DNA of 53,839 nt from an uncultured Thermoplasmatales archaeon (GCA_964592335.1 CAZQEU010000002.1:1-53839), one strand, 5' to 3'. Shown: positions 1 to 8,920, numbered from the stretch's first letter. The notes: generated from the letters alone by a model not told the origin. A program made the numbers and translations.

Positions 1-530
1 TTTTTTGCATAAATTTGCCTCCTTATGTGTAAGTCTTTTTTTATTCCCCCATGGCAATAATATATATAGCCATAGCTAGAAGCCCAATAACAAAACAATA
101 TATAAAGGTATCGATAAAAATTTTTTGTAATCTATTCTATTTTAGATTTAAGACGATATATTTTTTGCATTTTTCTATTTTTTCTATAGATGGTGAAACA
201 AATGTTGCATTTTACATGGATAGTTTAATAAAACACCCATTCTTAATCCTATTTATATCTTCCCACATATTTTATTATAATAATATCTAGATAATAACTT
301 GGGAGTTTATGAATCTCGTGTTTTGGATTACATGTTTAGATTCTACACATTGATATAGTTATTTATATAGTATCTTAACATTATATTATGATTTTAGTAT
401 TGAGTGGTTGGCGCGATCATAATCATAAATTCTAAATTTTAAAACTCAAATCTTAACTTTTAATTTTTTCCCCAAACAATTCCAACCCTGTCTAATTCCC
501 GCGTCTTTTCCAGTCCTTCAATAGATCCAT

Positions 531-610
531 AATCATACTCAATTTAACTCAAATTAACTCATTTTAACTCAAATTAACTCGATTTAATTCGAGTTGACTC
601 GAATTAAAAC
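531..610. repeat. Tandem array of about 8 degenerate 10-bp units (consensus RAWTTAACTC), phased at one helical turn
   Basis: Read directly: aatcatactc aatttaactc aaattaactc attttaactc aaattaactc gatttaattc gagttgactc gaattaaaac. It lies inside about 900 bp of non-coding DNA (11-916). Confidence 0.8.
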
Positions 611-916
611 AAGGTATTCTCTTTTGTATGGTAATAGAGTCTGTACCAATTGATTGTTCAATTTCCGAGTCTTTTAAACCCTTGCAATTCTGTCTAAAAT
701 TTGTGTCTCAAATTTGACTTGTATATTAACCCTTGTTCAAAATCTGTGGCTTGCCTTTTGTCTAATCTTTGTGGCTTTTTTTTAGTATATAACAAAAATA
801 ATATGGCAGATATTGACTCAAATAATCGTTTAAGAATTTTTGAGAGGCAGAATTAACTTTGAGACAATTAAAATTTCTTTTGATTTAGTTTCTTCATGTA
901 TACCAAATCAGTTAAT

Positions 917-1870
917 TTATTTCCTAGAAGAAAGTAATCTCGGGATGACACATTTTGCTTCTGATGGATTATATTCATAGTAACCATCTTTATCAAACCA
1001 TGCACATCTAATTTTTTCCAGCGATGTTTTCGTTCTAAATGATAGTCCTAGAGCATAGTGGTATAGTTGATCAGTTGCTTTTTTGTCTTTAGATGCATCA
1101 GGTTTGTAATCCAAAATATAGACAATACTATTTCTTACTTGGATTAGATCTATATGGCCTGTAACTCCGTTATCAATTTTTTTATCCCAGTACCATACAG
1201 GTATCTCACATGCTATTGTTGCTTTGTCATTTATAAGCATAAATTTTTCAACTATTTTGTGTCTATCGCGATTATTACATGCAGCTTTTACTGCAAAACC
1301 TGCTATTTTGCATGCTAAATTATTGGTTTTTCTCACTTTAACTTTTATTTGAAAACTTGGTTTCGAGCATCGTTTTCCTACTTCAAAAAATGTATCTGGG
1401 CATCCACTCTCAAAATTTGTGATGTATCTAAATAAACCACGGAATTGCTCTTTTACTTGGGTATCTAGTTTGTATGTGTGGTACATAAACTCATAGTCTA
1501 GATTTTCATGTTCAAAACGTTTAGTAAACAAAACATTTTTCTTTCCTTTTTTATCAGAAAAATTGTCTCTGATAGTTAAGATCGGGCAGAAATCTCTATA
1601 CTTTTTTATCCAATAGAAAATAGTGCTTCTATGGGTTTTAACCTTATATTTTTTATTTATCAGTCTGCTACTTTTGTCAAGTGTGTTTCCAAGGTTGTAG
1701 TAATTTAAAGCGTTGTATATGATTTGTGGAGAATACATCTTATGCTTTAGTATCTTATCTGCAAATCTTTTGCCACATTTTTTGCAGTAGTATATTTGTG
1801 TATTATCAAATCTAGTTTTTCTTTTCCCTCTTTTGATAATCTTTTTACTCTTACAGTCAGGGCATATCAT
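917..1870 (-). CDS. Zn-ribbon + HTH (IS1 InsA/transposase-like N-terminus) fused to a PD-(D/E)XK (RecB/Cas4-like) nuclease domain
   Basis: N-terminus is CPDC-x18-CKKC, followed by a helical region. C-terminus has GHIDLI (motif II), ILDYK (D/ExK) and QLYHY (QxxxY) in canonical order. Confidence 0.55.
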   Translation of the reverse strand: MICPDCKSKKIIKRGKRKTRFDNTQIYYCKKCGKRFADKILKHKMYSPQIIYNALNYYNLGNTLDKSSRLINKKYKVKTHRSTIFYWIKKYRDFCPILTIRDNFSDKKGKKNVLFTKRFEHENLDYEFMYHTYKLDTQVKEQFRGLFRYITNFESGCPDTFFEVGKRCSKPSFQIKVKVRKTNNLACKIAGFAVKAACNNRDRHKIVEKFMLINDKATIACEIPVWYWDKKIDNGVTGHIDLIQVRNSIVYILDYKPDASKDKKATDQLYHYALGLSFRTKTSLEKIRCAWFDKDGYYEYNPSEAKCVIPRLLSSRK

Positions 1871-2041
1871 ATGTTTATTCCTTTTCTACCGCCGATTTTT
1901 GATATACTAATATGGATATCGGTTTTGTTTAGTATGGTATATATGATTTCTTTTGCGATACGACTGATAACAAGATTTTGTTGTACTGTTTTATACTATT
2001 TTAATTAAAATCGTAGCAAAATCTGTTTTTTTTAGGTACAT

Positions 2042-2236
2042 CTAGATTATATCCTTAATACTCTCAGATAAACTTAACTTAACATTCTTTGACGTTTCTA
2101 CTTTACTTATAATATTTGATTTTAACAATTCATTTGTTACTCTATATTTTGTCATATTGCTTAGGTCGTTTTCTAGATCTAGCTTCTTACAGTACATATC
2201 AGCTGTTCGAATAACACTTTTTATGCTCTTGCTCAT
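2042..2236 (-). CDS. Hypothetical small protein (64 aa)
   Basis: ORF only, with no recognisable motif. Confidence 0.25.
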   Translation of the reverse strand: MSKSIKSVIRTADMYCKKLDLENDLSNMTKYRVTNELLKSNIISKVETSKNVKLSLSESIKDII

Positions 2237-2313
2237 ATGATCCCTATGTTTTAGAAAAACAATTGTTACAATGCTTGCATATGTAGAAGATTTCGTTTTA
2301 ACCTACCCCTGTT

Positions 2314-2333
2314 TTATATCATATTTGTTATAA
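2314..2333 (+). repeat. Left copy of an exact 20-bp direct repeat, TTATATCATATTTGTTATAA
   Basis: Identical 20-mer at 3697-3716. This left copy also overlaps a perfect 16-bp palindrome, ATTTGTTATAACAAAT (2323-2338). Confidence 0.85.
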
Positions 2334-2398
2334 CAAATCTGTTATTAAAATAGGCTATTTAACATTTTTCAAATTTTACAGATGCTACATTTTCATAC

Positions 2399-3568
2399 TT
2401 AGCATATTTGTTTTGCCAGATTATGCACATCAGTATAAATTACCTTGCAACCATTAATATTTGTGTTTCCTTTTTTACCTTTTAAACTTACAATAACAGC
2501 TTTTTTTGGTTTATATTCCTCAATAAATGAACGCAGGCTTCTTTCTATCTTTCCAATTTCTGCATGAATTTTTACCTCAACTGGAATTACATTATTTTCA
2601 TTTTCAATTACAAAATCAACTTCAGCTTTGGTTTTTGTCCTCCAATACTTTGGATTAAAACCTGTTTTTAAAAGCTCGGATAATACATAATTTTCAAATA
2701 GTTTCCCATCTATATTTAAATCAAAACTCTTAGCAATTATATTCCGAAGTCCTGTATCTACAAAATAAAGTTTTGGTTGTTTAACTATTTCTCTTTTTTT
2801 ATTTGTAAAAAATGGCAGAACCCTATAAATCAGATAACTTTTTTCCATTGCATCAAGATATTTTTTTACCGTTTGAAAGGACATGTTTAGATTATTGCTT
2901 ATCTTATCATAGGATATAATCTCCCCGATTGAAAAAGAGAGATACTTGGAAAATTCTTCTAATGATCTAATATCATCTATAGAAAAAGTACGTGCTACAT
3001 CTTTTAAAAGCATCGTTTCATAAAGATCACTTAGAATTGTCTTTTTTATATCAGTATCTTCTGTTGTAACAACTTTTGGATAACCTCCATAATTTATGTG
3101 TTCCCATATCATGCGCTCCATGGTTTTTGATGTCATTTCTCTTTGACCTTTGGCAGTTAAGAACTCATTAAAAGAAAATGGAAATAGTTTGATGATTGAA
3201 ACTCTGCCTACAAGAAACGATAGTATTTCTTTTGAAAGAATTATTTCTGAAGAAGAAGTGATCCATAATTTGTGATCTGAATCAACTAAATATTTTAGTT
3301 TTCCACCTGCTTTTTTGCAGTATTGAACCTCGTCTAAAACAGAAACATTGTAGCTTGATATGAATTGTTTTTCAAATTTTTTAATATCTTCTTCAAAAAG
3401 AGATCTAGCATCAGGGTCATCAAATAAGATGTATGAGGAGTTTTTGTTTTTGATTTGTTTTTTAAGAAAAGTTGTTTTACCTGATTGTCTTGCTCCGACT
3501 AATGCGATCATGTTATAGCTATTGGATATTTTATCAAACTTACTTCTTATATCTCTTTTTACGTACAT
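2399..3568 (-). CDS. AAA+ ATPase of the COG1373 type (AAA_14 + DUF4143, C-terminal restriction-endonuclease-like fold)
   Basis: Walker A is GARQSGKTT. Walker B-like is VLDEVQ. C-terminus has EVDFV...PVEVK, a PD-(D/E)XK-like motif typical of DUF4143. Confidence 0.75.
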   Translation of the reverse strand: MYVKRDIRSKFDKISNSYNMIALVGARQSGKTTFLKKQIKNKNSSYILFDDPDARSLFEEDIKKFEKQFISSYNVSVLDEVQYCKKAGGKLKYLVDSDHKLWITSSSEIILSKEILSFLVGRVSIIKLFPFSFNEFLTAKGQREMTSKTMERMIWEHINYGGYPKVVTTEDTDIKKTILSDLYETMLLKDVARTFSIDDIRSLEEFSKYLSFSIGEIISYDKISNNLNMSFQTVKKYLDAMEKSYLIYRVLPFFTNKKREIVKQPKLYFVDTGLRNIIAKSFDLNIDGKLFENYVLSELLKTGFNPKYWRTKTKAEVDFVIENENNVIPVEVKIHAEIGKIERSLRSFIEEYKPKKAVIVSLKGKKGNTNINGCKVIYTDVHNLAKQIC

Positions 3569-3610
3569 ATAATATAGTTAGTACATTAGACTATAAATAC
3601 TTTACTAAAG

Positions 3611-3659
3611 TTAAACTAGAGTTTAAGAATAGTAATACTAAAATTAAACTAGAGTTTAA
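3611..3659. promoter_or_regulatory. Two copies of the palindrome TTAAAC-N4-GTTTAA (3611-3626 and 3644-3659), 33 bp apart, just upstream of the ATPase gene start
   Basis: ttaaactagagtttaa is read twice. Its position upstream of 2399..3568 (-) suggests an operator. Confidence 0.45.
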
Positions 3660-3696
3660 TAAAAGTTAAGATTTGAGTTGCTAAAAAGAATACAGA

Positions 3697-3716
3697 TTAT
3701 ATCATATTTGTTATAA
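3697..3716 (+). repeat. Right copy of the exact 20-bp direct repeat; it forms the last codons and stop of the HAD gene
   Basis: Same 20-mer as 2314-2333. Its reverse complement encodes ...ITNMI*. Confidence 0.85.
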
Positions 3717-4440
3717 TACTACAGAGCTTCATTAGATCTTTTTCATCAATTACAACATCAGCATACTTTTTAACACAATCATCATCAGGGTTGAAGGCAA
3801 CACCCATACCTGCTACTTCAAACATAGGGATATCAAAACAAGAATTACCAACTGATACTATATCTTCATTATTAATACCTAGTTTTTTTGCCAAATTTTC
3901 AACTACCTCATCTTTTGCTTTTAGCCTAACACCTATTATTCCTTTTTGTGTTAAAAAACCATTTTTATCTACAACTAAACCATTTGAATAAATAAAATCG
4001 ACACCCAGTTTTTTTCCTACTCTTTCTGCAAGAAAATTAAGACCTGCACTTACAATCGCGGTTTTAATATTTTTTTCTTTAAGAGCTTTTATACATTCTT
4101 TTGCTCCCGGCATCAACGAAATATTTGAAAGAATCTTTACGAGTTTTTTTTCTGTAATTGCTTTACCGTTTTCCTTCCAAAGACTTGCATCTCTTCTAAT
4201 AAACTCTTCATCATCAATTTCGCCTTTTAGATATGCATCAACTGATTTTTCATTTGATGTATTAAAAAACTCATGAACATATTTCCATGAGCTATAGGTA
4301 TCTGTGAGAACACCATCCATATCAAATACTACGAGTTTTACATCTTTGATTCTGTTTTTTTGTTTTTTTGTTTTAAAACCGTTTTGTCTATAGCAGTACT
4401 TACATTTTTCATCTGTCATTTCTGACTTGGCATAAATCAA
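3697..4440 (-). CDS. HAD-superfamily hydrolase, phosphoserine phosphatase (SerB)-like, subfamily IB
   Basis: DxD motif FDMDGVL, then SAG, then a GNSCFD..M terminal motif. The start codon is uncertain because the N-terminal 35 aa are atypical. Confidence 0.7.
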   Translation of the reverse strand: MIYAKSEMTDEKCKYCYRQNGFKTKKQKNRIKDVKLVVFDMDGVLTDTYSSWKYVHEFFNTSNEKSVDAYLKGEIDDEEFIRRDASLWKENGKAITEKKLVKILSNISLMPGAKECIKALKEKNIKTAIVSAGLNFLAERVGKKLGVDFIYSNGLVVDKNGFLTQKGIIGVRLKAKDEVVENLAKKLGINNEDIVSVGNSCFDIPMFEVAGMGVAFNPDDDCVKKYADVVIDEKDLMKLCSIITNMI

Positions 4441-4527
4441 GTTGTATAATAAATTTTAGACCTTGTTAGAAAAAGTTTATACTATATAATAGACATATCA
4501 TATATTAATAATGGGGGCAATATAAAA

Positions 4528-5973
4528 ATGAAAAATATGAAAAAAATAATTGTTTTGATGATGCTTTCTTTTTTTGTTATATCATCTTTTACAACAATTT
4601 TAAATGCTAGAACTATAAAAAATGATGATTATTCTGATGATGTTTTTGTCTCAGATAATATCAAATATGATTTACTGATAATTACACATCCTAGTTTCTA
4701 CAATGCACTTCAGCCTTTAAAAGATCATAAAATGAACTATGGTGTTAAAACCAAGATAATAACTCTTGATGAGGCATATTCTCTTGGCTCTATGGGTTTT
4801 GATAATCCTGAGAAAATAAAACTTTGTATTGAGAAGTACTACAATCAAGCAGATATAGAATATGTTATGCTTGTCGGAGATTTTAGAAAGATGCCTGTTA
4901 GATATGTATATAATAATGAGCCCGGTGGTTATTATGAGCCACGTTATATATCTGAGCTTTACTACGCGGATTTATATAATGAAACCAGTGTTTTTCAGAC
5001 CTGGGATGAAGACGGAGATGGTGTTTATGGTGAATGGATCATCAATGAGACCAGTGCACGTGATAGATACATTGATCTCAGACCTGATGTTTATGTCGGC
5101 CGGCTTGCCTGTAGAAATATTTTTGAAGTAAAAATTATGGTTGATAAAATAATAAAATATGAGTCAAACACCTATGGTGCTGATTGGTTTGATGATTTTG
5201 TGGTTATTGCAGGTGATACTTATCCTGAAGGTCAATATGATTTTAATACATCAGGTTATGAAGGTGAGGAAAACACTGAGAGTGCAATAGAGAACATGAC
5301 ATCTTTTAACCCTAAAAGGATATGGGTTTCAAATGGGAATTTTACTGGCCCCAAGGATGTAATAAATGTGATAAATAAGGGATGTGGGATAATGTTTTTT
5401 GAAGGACATGCTTCTCCTGGTGCATGGGGTACTCATCCATATAATAGCCATAAATTCATATTTGGTCTTAAAAATACTCATATGTGGAGACTGTTTAATT
5501 TTTATAAACTCCCGGTTGTTGTTGCTGCAGCATGTCATAATGGTATGTTTGATGTAACACCTTTTAATTTTTTGAAAAAACTTGATTTTATTGCTGGTGT
5601 TTATCATCCAGGTGATGAGAGTTTGGAGTGTTGGGCATGGAAGCTTGCCAGCAAACCATTTGGTGGCTCAATTGCAACTATTTCAAATACAGGTCTTGGG
5701 ATGACAAAAGAGGATAAGAAATCACTAGAAGGAGCTGGTGATTATATCGATCAGCAGTTTTTTTATGTCTATGGCAATGGTATGAGTGATATACTTGGTG
5801 AGTGCTGGGGTATGACCATAGATAGATACATTGATGCTTATCCTGTGGACTGGGATATTGATGATAATGATGAGTTTGTTGTTGACATGAAATATGATCT
5901 TAAAACACCTCAGCAGTATATATTGCTGGGTGATCCAAGTCTTAAAATTGGTGGTTATCCACCATTATCTTAA
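4528..5973 (+). CDS. Secreted peptidase C25 (gingipain)-like cysteine protease
   Basis: N-terminal signal/TM segment. LLIITHP...YVMLVGD block. Candidate catalytic His in FFEGHASPG and Cys in VVAAACHNG. Confidence 0.55.
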   Translation: MKNMKKIIVLMMLSFFVISSFTTILNARTIKNDDYSDDVFVSDNIKYDLLIITHPSFYNALQPLKDHKMNYGVKTKIITLDEAYSLGSMGFDNPEKIKLCIEKYYNQADIEYVMLVGDFRKMPVRYVYNNEPGGYYEPRYISELYYADLYNETSVFQTWDEDGDGVYGEWIINETSARDRYIDLRPDVYVGRLACRNIFEVKIMVDKIIKYESNTYGADWFDDFVVIAGDTYPEGQYDFNTSGYEGEENTESAIENMTSFNPKRIWVSNGNFTGPKDVINVINKGCGIMFFEGHASPGAWGTHPYNSHKFIFGLKNTHMWRLFNFYKLPVVVAAACHNGMFDVTPFNFLKKLDFIAGVYHPGDESLECWAWKLASKPFGGSIATISNTGLGMTKEDKKSLEGAGDYIDQQFFYVYGNGMSDILGECWGMTIDRYIDAYPVDWDIDDNDEFVVDMKYDLKTPQQYILLGDPSLKIGGYPPLS

Positions 5974-6079
5974 CTTTTTTTCTTTTTTTGATTTTTATGC
6001 TATTTTCTTTAAGATTTGTTCTTAATTGAAACAAAAGTTTAATTAACTAGTTTAACTATAGTTATACTTACTGGTTAAA

Positions 6080-6316
6080 ATGATATCTAAAAATATACTG
6101 GCAAAAGGCCAGATAGTAATACCAAAAACAATCAGAGATCTACTAGGATTAAACATCGGAGATGAATTAACAATTGATGTAAAAGATAAAAAAATAATAC
6201 TATCAAAAAAACAAAACGTAAAAGATATATTCTTAGAAGTTTCTAATAAAAACTCAGATAAACTCTCAATGAAAAAAATAAAGAAAGATTTAAAAGAAAG
6301 ATACAAGGGGGATTAG
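6080..6316 (+). CDS. vapB: AbrB/SpoVT-family antitoxin (VapB-like)
   Basis: GQIVIPKTIRDLLGLNIGDELT swapped-hairpin motif, immediately upstream of a PIN gene. Confidence 0.8.
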   Translation: MISKNILAKGQIVIPKTIRDLLGLNIGDELTIDVKDKKIILSKKQNVKDIFLEVSNKNSDKLSMKKIKKDLKERYKGD

Positions 6317-6320
6317 TCCC

Positions 6321-6734
6321 TTGTATATAGACTCAAATATTTTTGTATTTGCTGCAACAGACAAAAACAAAAAAGGAAAAAACTGCAGAAAAATAATTGA
6401 AATGATAAATGAAAACAAAATCGTATGTGCAGCATCTTATTTGGTGATAGATGAAGTAATATGGATTTTAAAAAAACATTTGGGAAGAAAAGATTCCATA
6501 AAAATTACAAAAGCTATACTTTCTCTGCCTATAAAATGGATTGACTTAGATAAAACCGTTGTAGTAAATATGGTAAATATATTAGAGAAAACAAAACTAG
6601 ATCCCAGAGATGCAACACATCTTGCGTCAATGGAAAAAATGGGTTTATCATCTATTATAAGTGAAGATTCTGATTTTGATAAAATAAAAGAAGTAAAACG
6701 TATTAATGCATCAACTTTAATAGAAAAATACTAA
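6321..6734 (+). CDS. vapC: PIN-domain ribonuclease toxin (VapC-like)
   Basis: YIDSN (Asp1), IDEV, DATHLA and SEDSDFD acidic residues in PIN order. TTG start. Confidence 0.8.
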   Translation: MYIDSNIFVFAATDKNKKGKNCRKIIEMINENKIVCAASYLVIDEVIWILKKHLGRKDSIKITKAILSLPIKWIDLDKTVVVNMVNILEKTKLDPRDATHLASMEKMGLSSIISEDSDFDKIKEVKRINASTLIEKY

Positions 6735-6895
6735 TTTTTAGCTCTTGACCAACCGTATTTTCTGATTTTTTTGCTTTTACCAAATCCACATGCGGCACAT
6801 ACTTTTTTTTGTACATGATATGCATGTTTTCCGCATCGTCTGCACATGGTATGGGTTTTTTTACCGCCCATATGTGATGGAGTTCCTTTGCTCAT
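6731..6895 (-). CDS. rpl37e: 50S ribosomal protein L37e (54 aa; below the ORF-track cutoff)
   Basis: Hand translation gives [54 protein letters not shown], with a CxxC..CxxC zinc ribbon. It sits downstream of LSm, as in many archaea. Confidence 0.9.
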   Translation of the reverse strand: MSKGTPSHMGGKKTHTMCRRCGKHAYHVQKKVCAACGFGKSKKIRKYGWSRAKN

Positions 6896-6923
6896 CTATA
6901 TTACCTCAAAAACTAATTTTTTT

Positions 6924-7145
6924 TTATGCTGGTGAGACATATATAATATTGTCGCCTCTAACAATTATTGTATCATGTTTTTCTTTTGTTTCACCGTTTA
7001 TTACTTCTTCTGCGTTTTTTAAAACCAAGTTCATATGTGGTACGTCGTAACCATCGAGTTTTCCATGATAGCCTCTTCTTCCTCGAAGTTCTACCATTAC
7101 TCTGCTGTTTAAGCTTCCATGTAATATTTTAAGTGGTTTGTCCAT
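6924..7145 (-). CDS. Archaeal Sm-like (LSm) protein
   Basis: Sm1/Sm2 motifs: VMVELRGRRGYHGKLDGYDVPHMNLVL ... IIVRGDNIIYV. Confidence 0.9.
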   Translation of the reverse strand: MDKPLKILHGSLNSRVMVELRGRRGYHGKLDGYDVPHMNLVLKNAEEVINGETKEKHDTIIVRGDNIIYVSPA

Positions 7146-7258
7146 AAGTCTACTACCTTGGAAGCACGAAATATACTTCCTATTTATAAGGATTTGGGCA
7201 GTTCCTGTCGTTAAATGATAAATGTTATATGATGTATGTAAATGTCTTTTTTTTGTTT

Positions 7259-7756
7259 ATGAGTACAAAGATTAAAAATCGTCATCGTTTGAAAAATAAA
7301 GAGATTCGTGAGATAAATAATATTTTGAGCAAAGATTTTGATAGTATCGAGTTAGAATCTGATTCTGTTATAGAGGTGGGTGATGTTGAAGATACAAAAT
7401 TTGTATTTGTTGATGGTCAAGCAGTTCTCATGTATTTTGAGAATAGACTCTGTTTTACACTAAAGGGTATTGAACTTTTTAATCCAAAAGAAAAATTTGT
7501 TGTAGTGGATATGGGTGCTGTAAAGTTTGTTACAAATGGTGCAGATGTAATGTCCCCAGGTATTATTGATGCTGATAAATATATAAAACAAAATGATTTT
7601 GTATGGATTTGTGATGAGCGTAATAAAAAAGCCCTGGCCACAGGCTTTGCAATCATTTCAGGTGAAGAGATGATATCAGGAGAAAAAGGCAAAGCAGTAC
7701 GTGTTATTCATTATGTTGGAGGCCCTATCTGGTCTTTTTCCGCCAAAAGTTTATAA
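7259..7756 (+). CDS. PUA-domain RNA-binding protein (MCT-1/Tma20-like, COG2016)
   Basis: C-terminal PUA signature: GADVMSPGI...VWICDE..KKALATGFA. ATG 7259 is preferred over the hydrophobic 10-aa extension starting at 7229. Confidence 0.7.
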   Translation: MSTKIKNRHRLKNKEIREINNILSKDFDSIELESDSVIEVGDVEDTKFVFVDGQAVLMYFENRLCFTLKGIELFNPKEKFVVVDMGAVKFVTNGADVMSPGIIDADKYIKQNDFVWICDERNKKALATGFAIISGEEMISGEKGKAVRVIHYVGGPIWSFSAKSL

Positions 7757-7810
7757 AGAGATTAATATATATTGATTACGAGTTAAAACACTTAGGAGTT
7801 GATTATTATT

Positions 7811-8179
7811 ATGGGAATTGTGAACAAGATTTTTGGAGATAAAAAAACAGGTGATGTGGAAGGATACGTTGATTTAGAAAAATATGTAGATAGTACTGGT
7901 GACACGGGTCCTGCTAGTATGTACGTTCGTGTCGGTGAGATTCAACGCTATGAAGATCTAAAGAGTTTTTCTGACTATGTTTATGGCGGAAATGTTCTCA
8001 TACTTGATTTTTCACCAATTGCAGAAGAAGAAGTTATTTTGAAAAGAATTACAAATGATCTTAAAAAAATGGCTAAAGAAATCAATGGTGATATAGCAGG
8101 TATAGGCAACAATCTTATGATTGTATCACCTTCAAATGTAAAAGTCGAAAGACGTAAACTTAGAGGAAAATTTGCATAA
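7811..8179 (+). CDS. sepF: Cell division protein SepF (DUF552) homologue
   Basis: YVRVGEIQRYEDLKSFSDYVYGGNVLILDF...ITNDLKKMAKEINGDIAGIGNNLMIVSP. ATG 7811 lies downstream of TAGGAG. Confidence 0.8.
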   Translation: MGIVNKIFGDKKTGDVEGYVDLEKYVDSTGDTGPASMYVRVGEIQRYEDLKSFSDYVYGGNVLILDFSPIAEEEVILKRITNDLKKMAKEINGDIAGIGNNLMIVSPSNVKVERRKLRGKFA

Positions 8180-8194
8180 TTTTTTTTAGATTAA

Positions 8195-8460
8195 AATGAA
8201 ACCCAAGTGAGAAACCCCCAAACTTTAGTTTGTGGGATGAATCGCATGGAACGATAATTTAAAACACCGTTAGGTGTTTTGTTTCCCTAGAGGGAAAAGT
8301 CACGACATTTATGTCATGGAAGGGGTGACAATTAAGGTAACTCCTCATCTTTTTTTATTTTATTCACCTAAGAGTTTTAGAGAGAGAAGGGAAGGAATCT
8401 GGAGGGTGGATGGTAAAGATGAAAGGAAGAAAACAAAAGTTTCTATCCAGATTCCTTTGT
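8195..8460 (+). ncRNA. Candidate structured non-coding RNA(s), family unidentified
   Basis: The intergenic stretch is visibly more G+C-rich than neighbouring spacers. Hairpins: cccccaaac/gtttgtggg, aaaacacc-gtta-ggtgtttt, ttccc-taga-gggaa, gtcac...gtgac. A 10-bp long-range stem pairs ggaatctgga (8393-8402) with tccagattcc (8446-8455). A T-run sits at about 8348-8357. The 66-aa ORF here looks non-coding. Confidence 0.3.
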
Positions 8461-8553
8461 GTTATACTTTCTAAATAATAGTATATAAGTGTTACTTGTA
8501 ATTTTGTCTTTTTGAAATTTTTACTAACTTATGAAAGATTATAATAAAAAATA

Positions 8554-8627
8554 CGGACCCATGGGGATTCGAACCCCAGTTACCGGCTCCGAAGGCCGGT
8601 AGGATATCCAGACTACCTTATGGGCCC
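8554..8627 (-). tRNA. tRNA-Arg (anticodon UCG)
   Basis: The reverse complement folds as a cloverleaf. Acceptor is GGGCCCA/TGGGTCC. Anticodon stem is CCGGC/GCCGG with loop CTTCGGA. T-arm is GGGGTTCGAATCCCC. No CCA is encoded. Confidence 0.9.
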
Positions 8628-8920
8628 ACTATTTTTTTACGAATCAACAAAGATGATATAAACTTATTTAACCAAGTTTTTTTAACATAATATATTAATT
8701 AACCTTGCAATTAAAGAAAGATATAAATAGCCATTAAAACATAACAAAAACAGCTGGATGAGATGCGCATAAAATGTTTACCTTCAGAAATTATGATATG
8801 TTAACAGCCATTAGTGTAAACGTTTGTAAAATATAAAAAATGATGTGAAGGGATGTGGATGCAATATAGGAGAGATAACACATATTTCCTTGCTTTATTT
8901 AGTATAAAGGAGAGGTTGAC

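Noticed and set aside
51-290. 79-aa ORF at the left edge
   Set aside because: The translation is low-complexity Ile/Phe/Tyr-rich, as expected from AT-rich non-coding DNA. There is no ribosome-binding site.
531-610. CRISPR array or mini-array
   Set aside because: The units are only 10 bp and directly abutting with no spacers. No cas genes are present in the window.
917-2041. Complete IS element around the Zn-ribbon/nuclease gene
   Set aside because: By eye I could not find convincing terminal inverted repeats or target-site duplications flanking 917-1870. No DDE or recombinase motifs were seen either.
8274-8474. 66-aa ORF as a protein-coding gene
   Set aside because: It has no SD and an odd composition. 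It spans hairpin-rich, G+C-elevated sequence that is more consistent with structured RNA or non-coding DNA.
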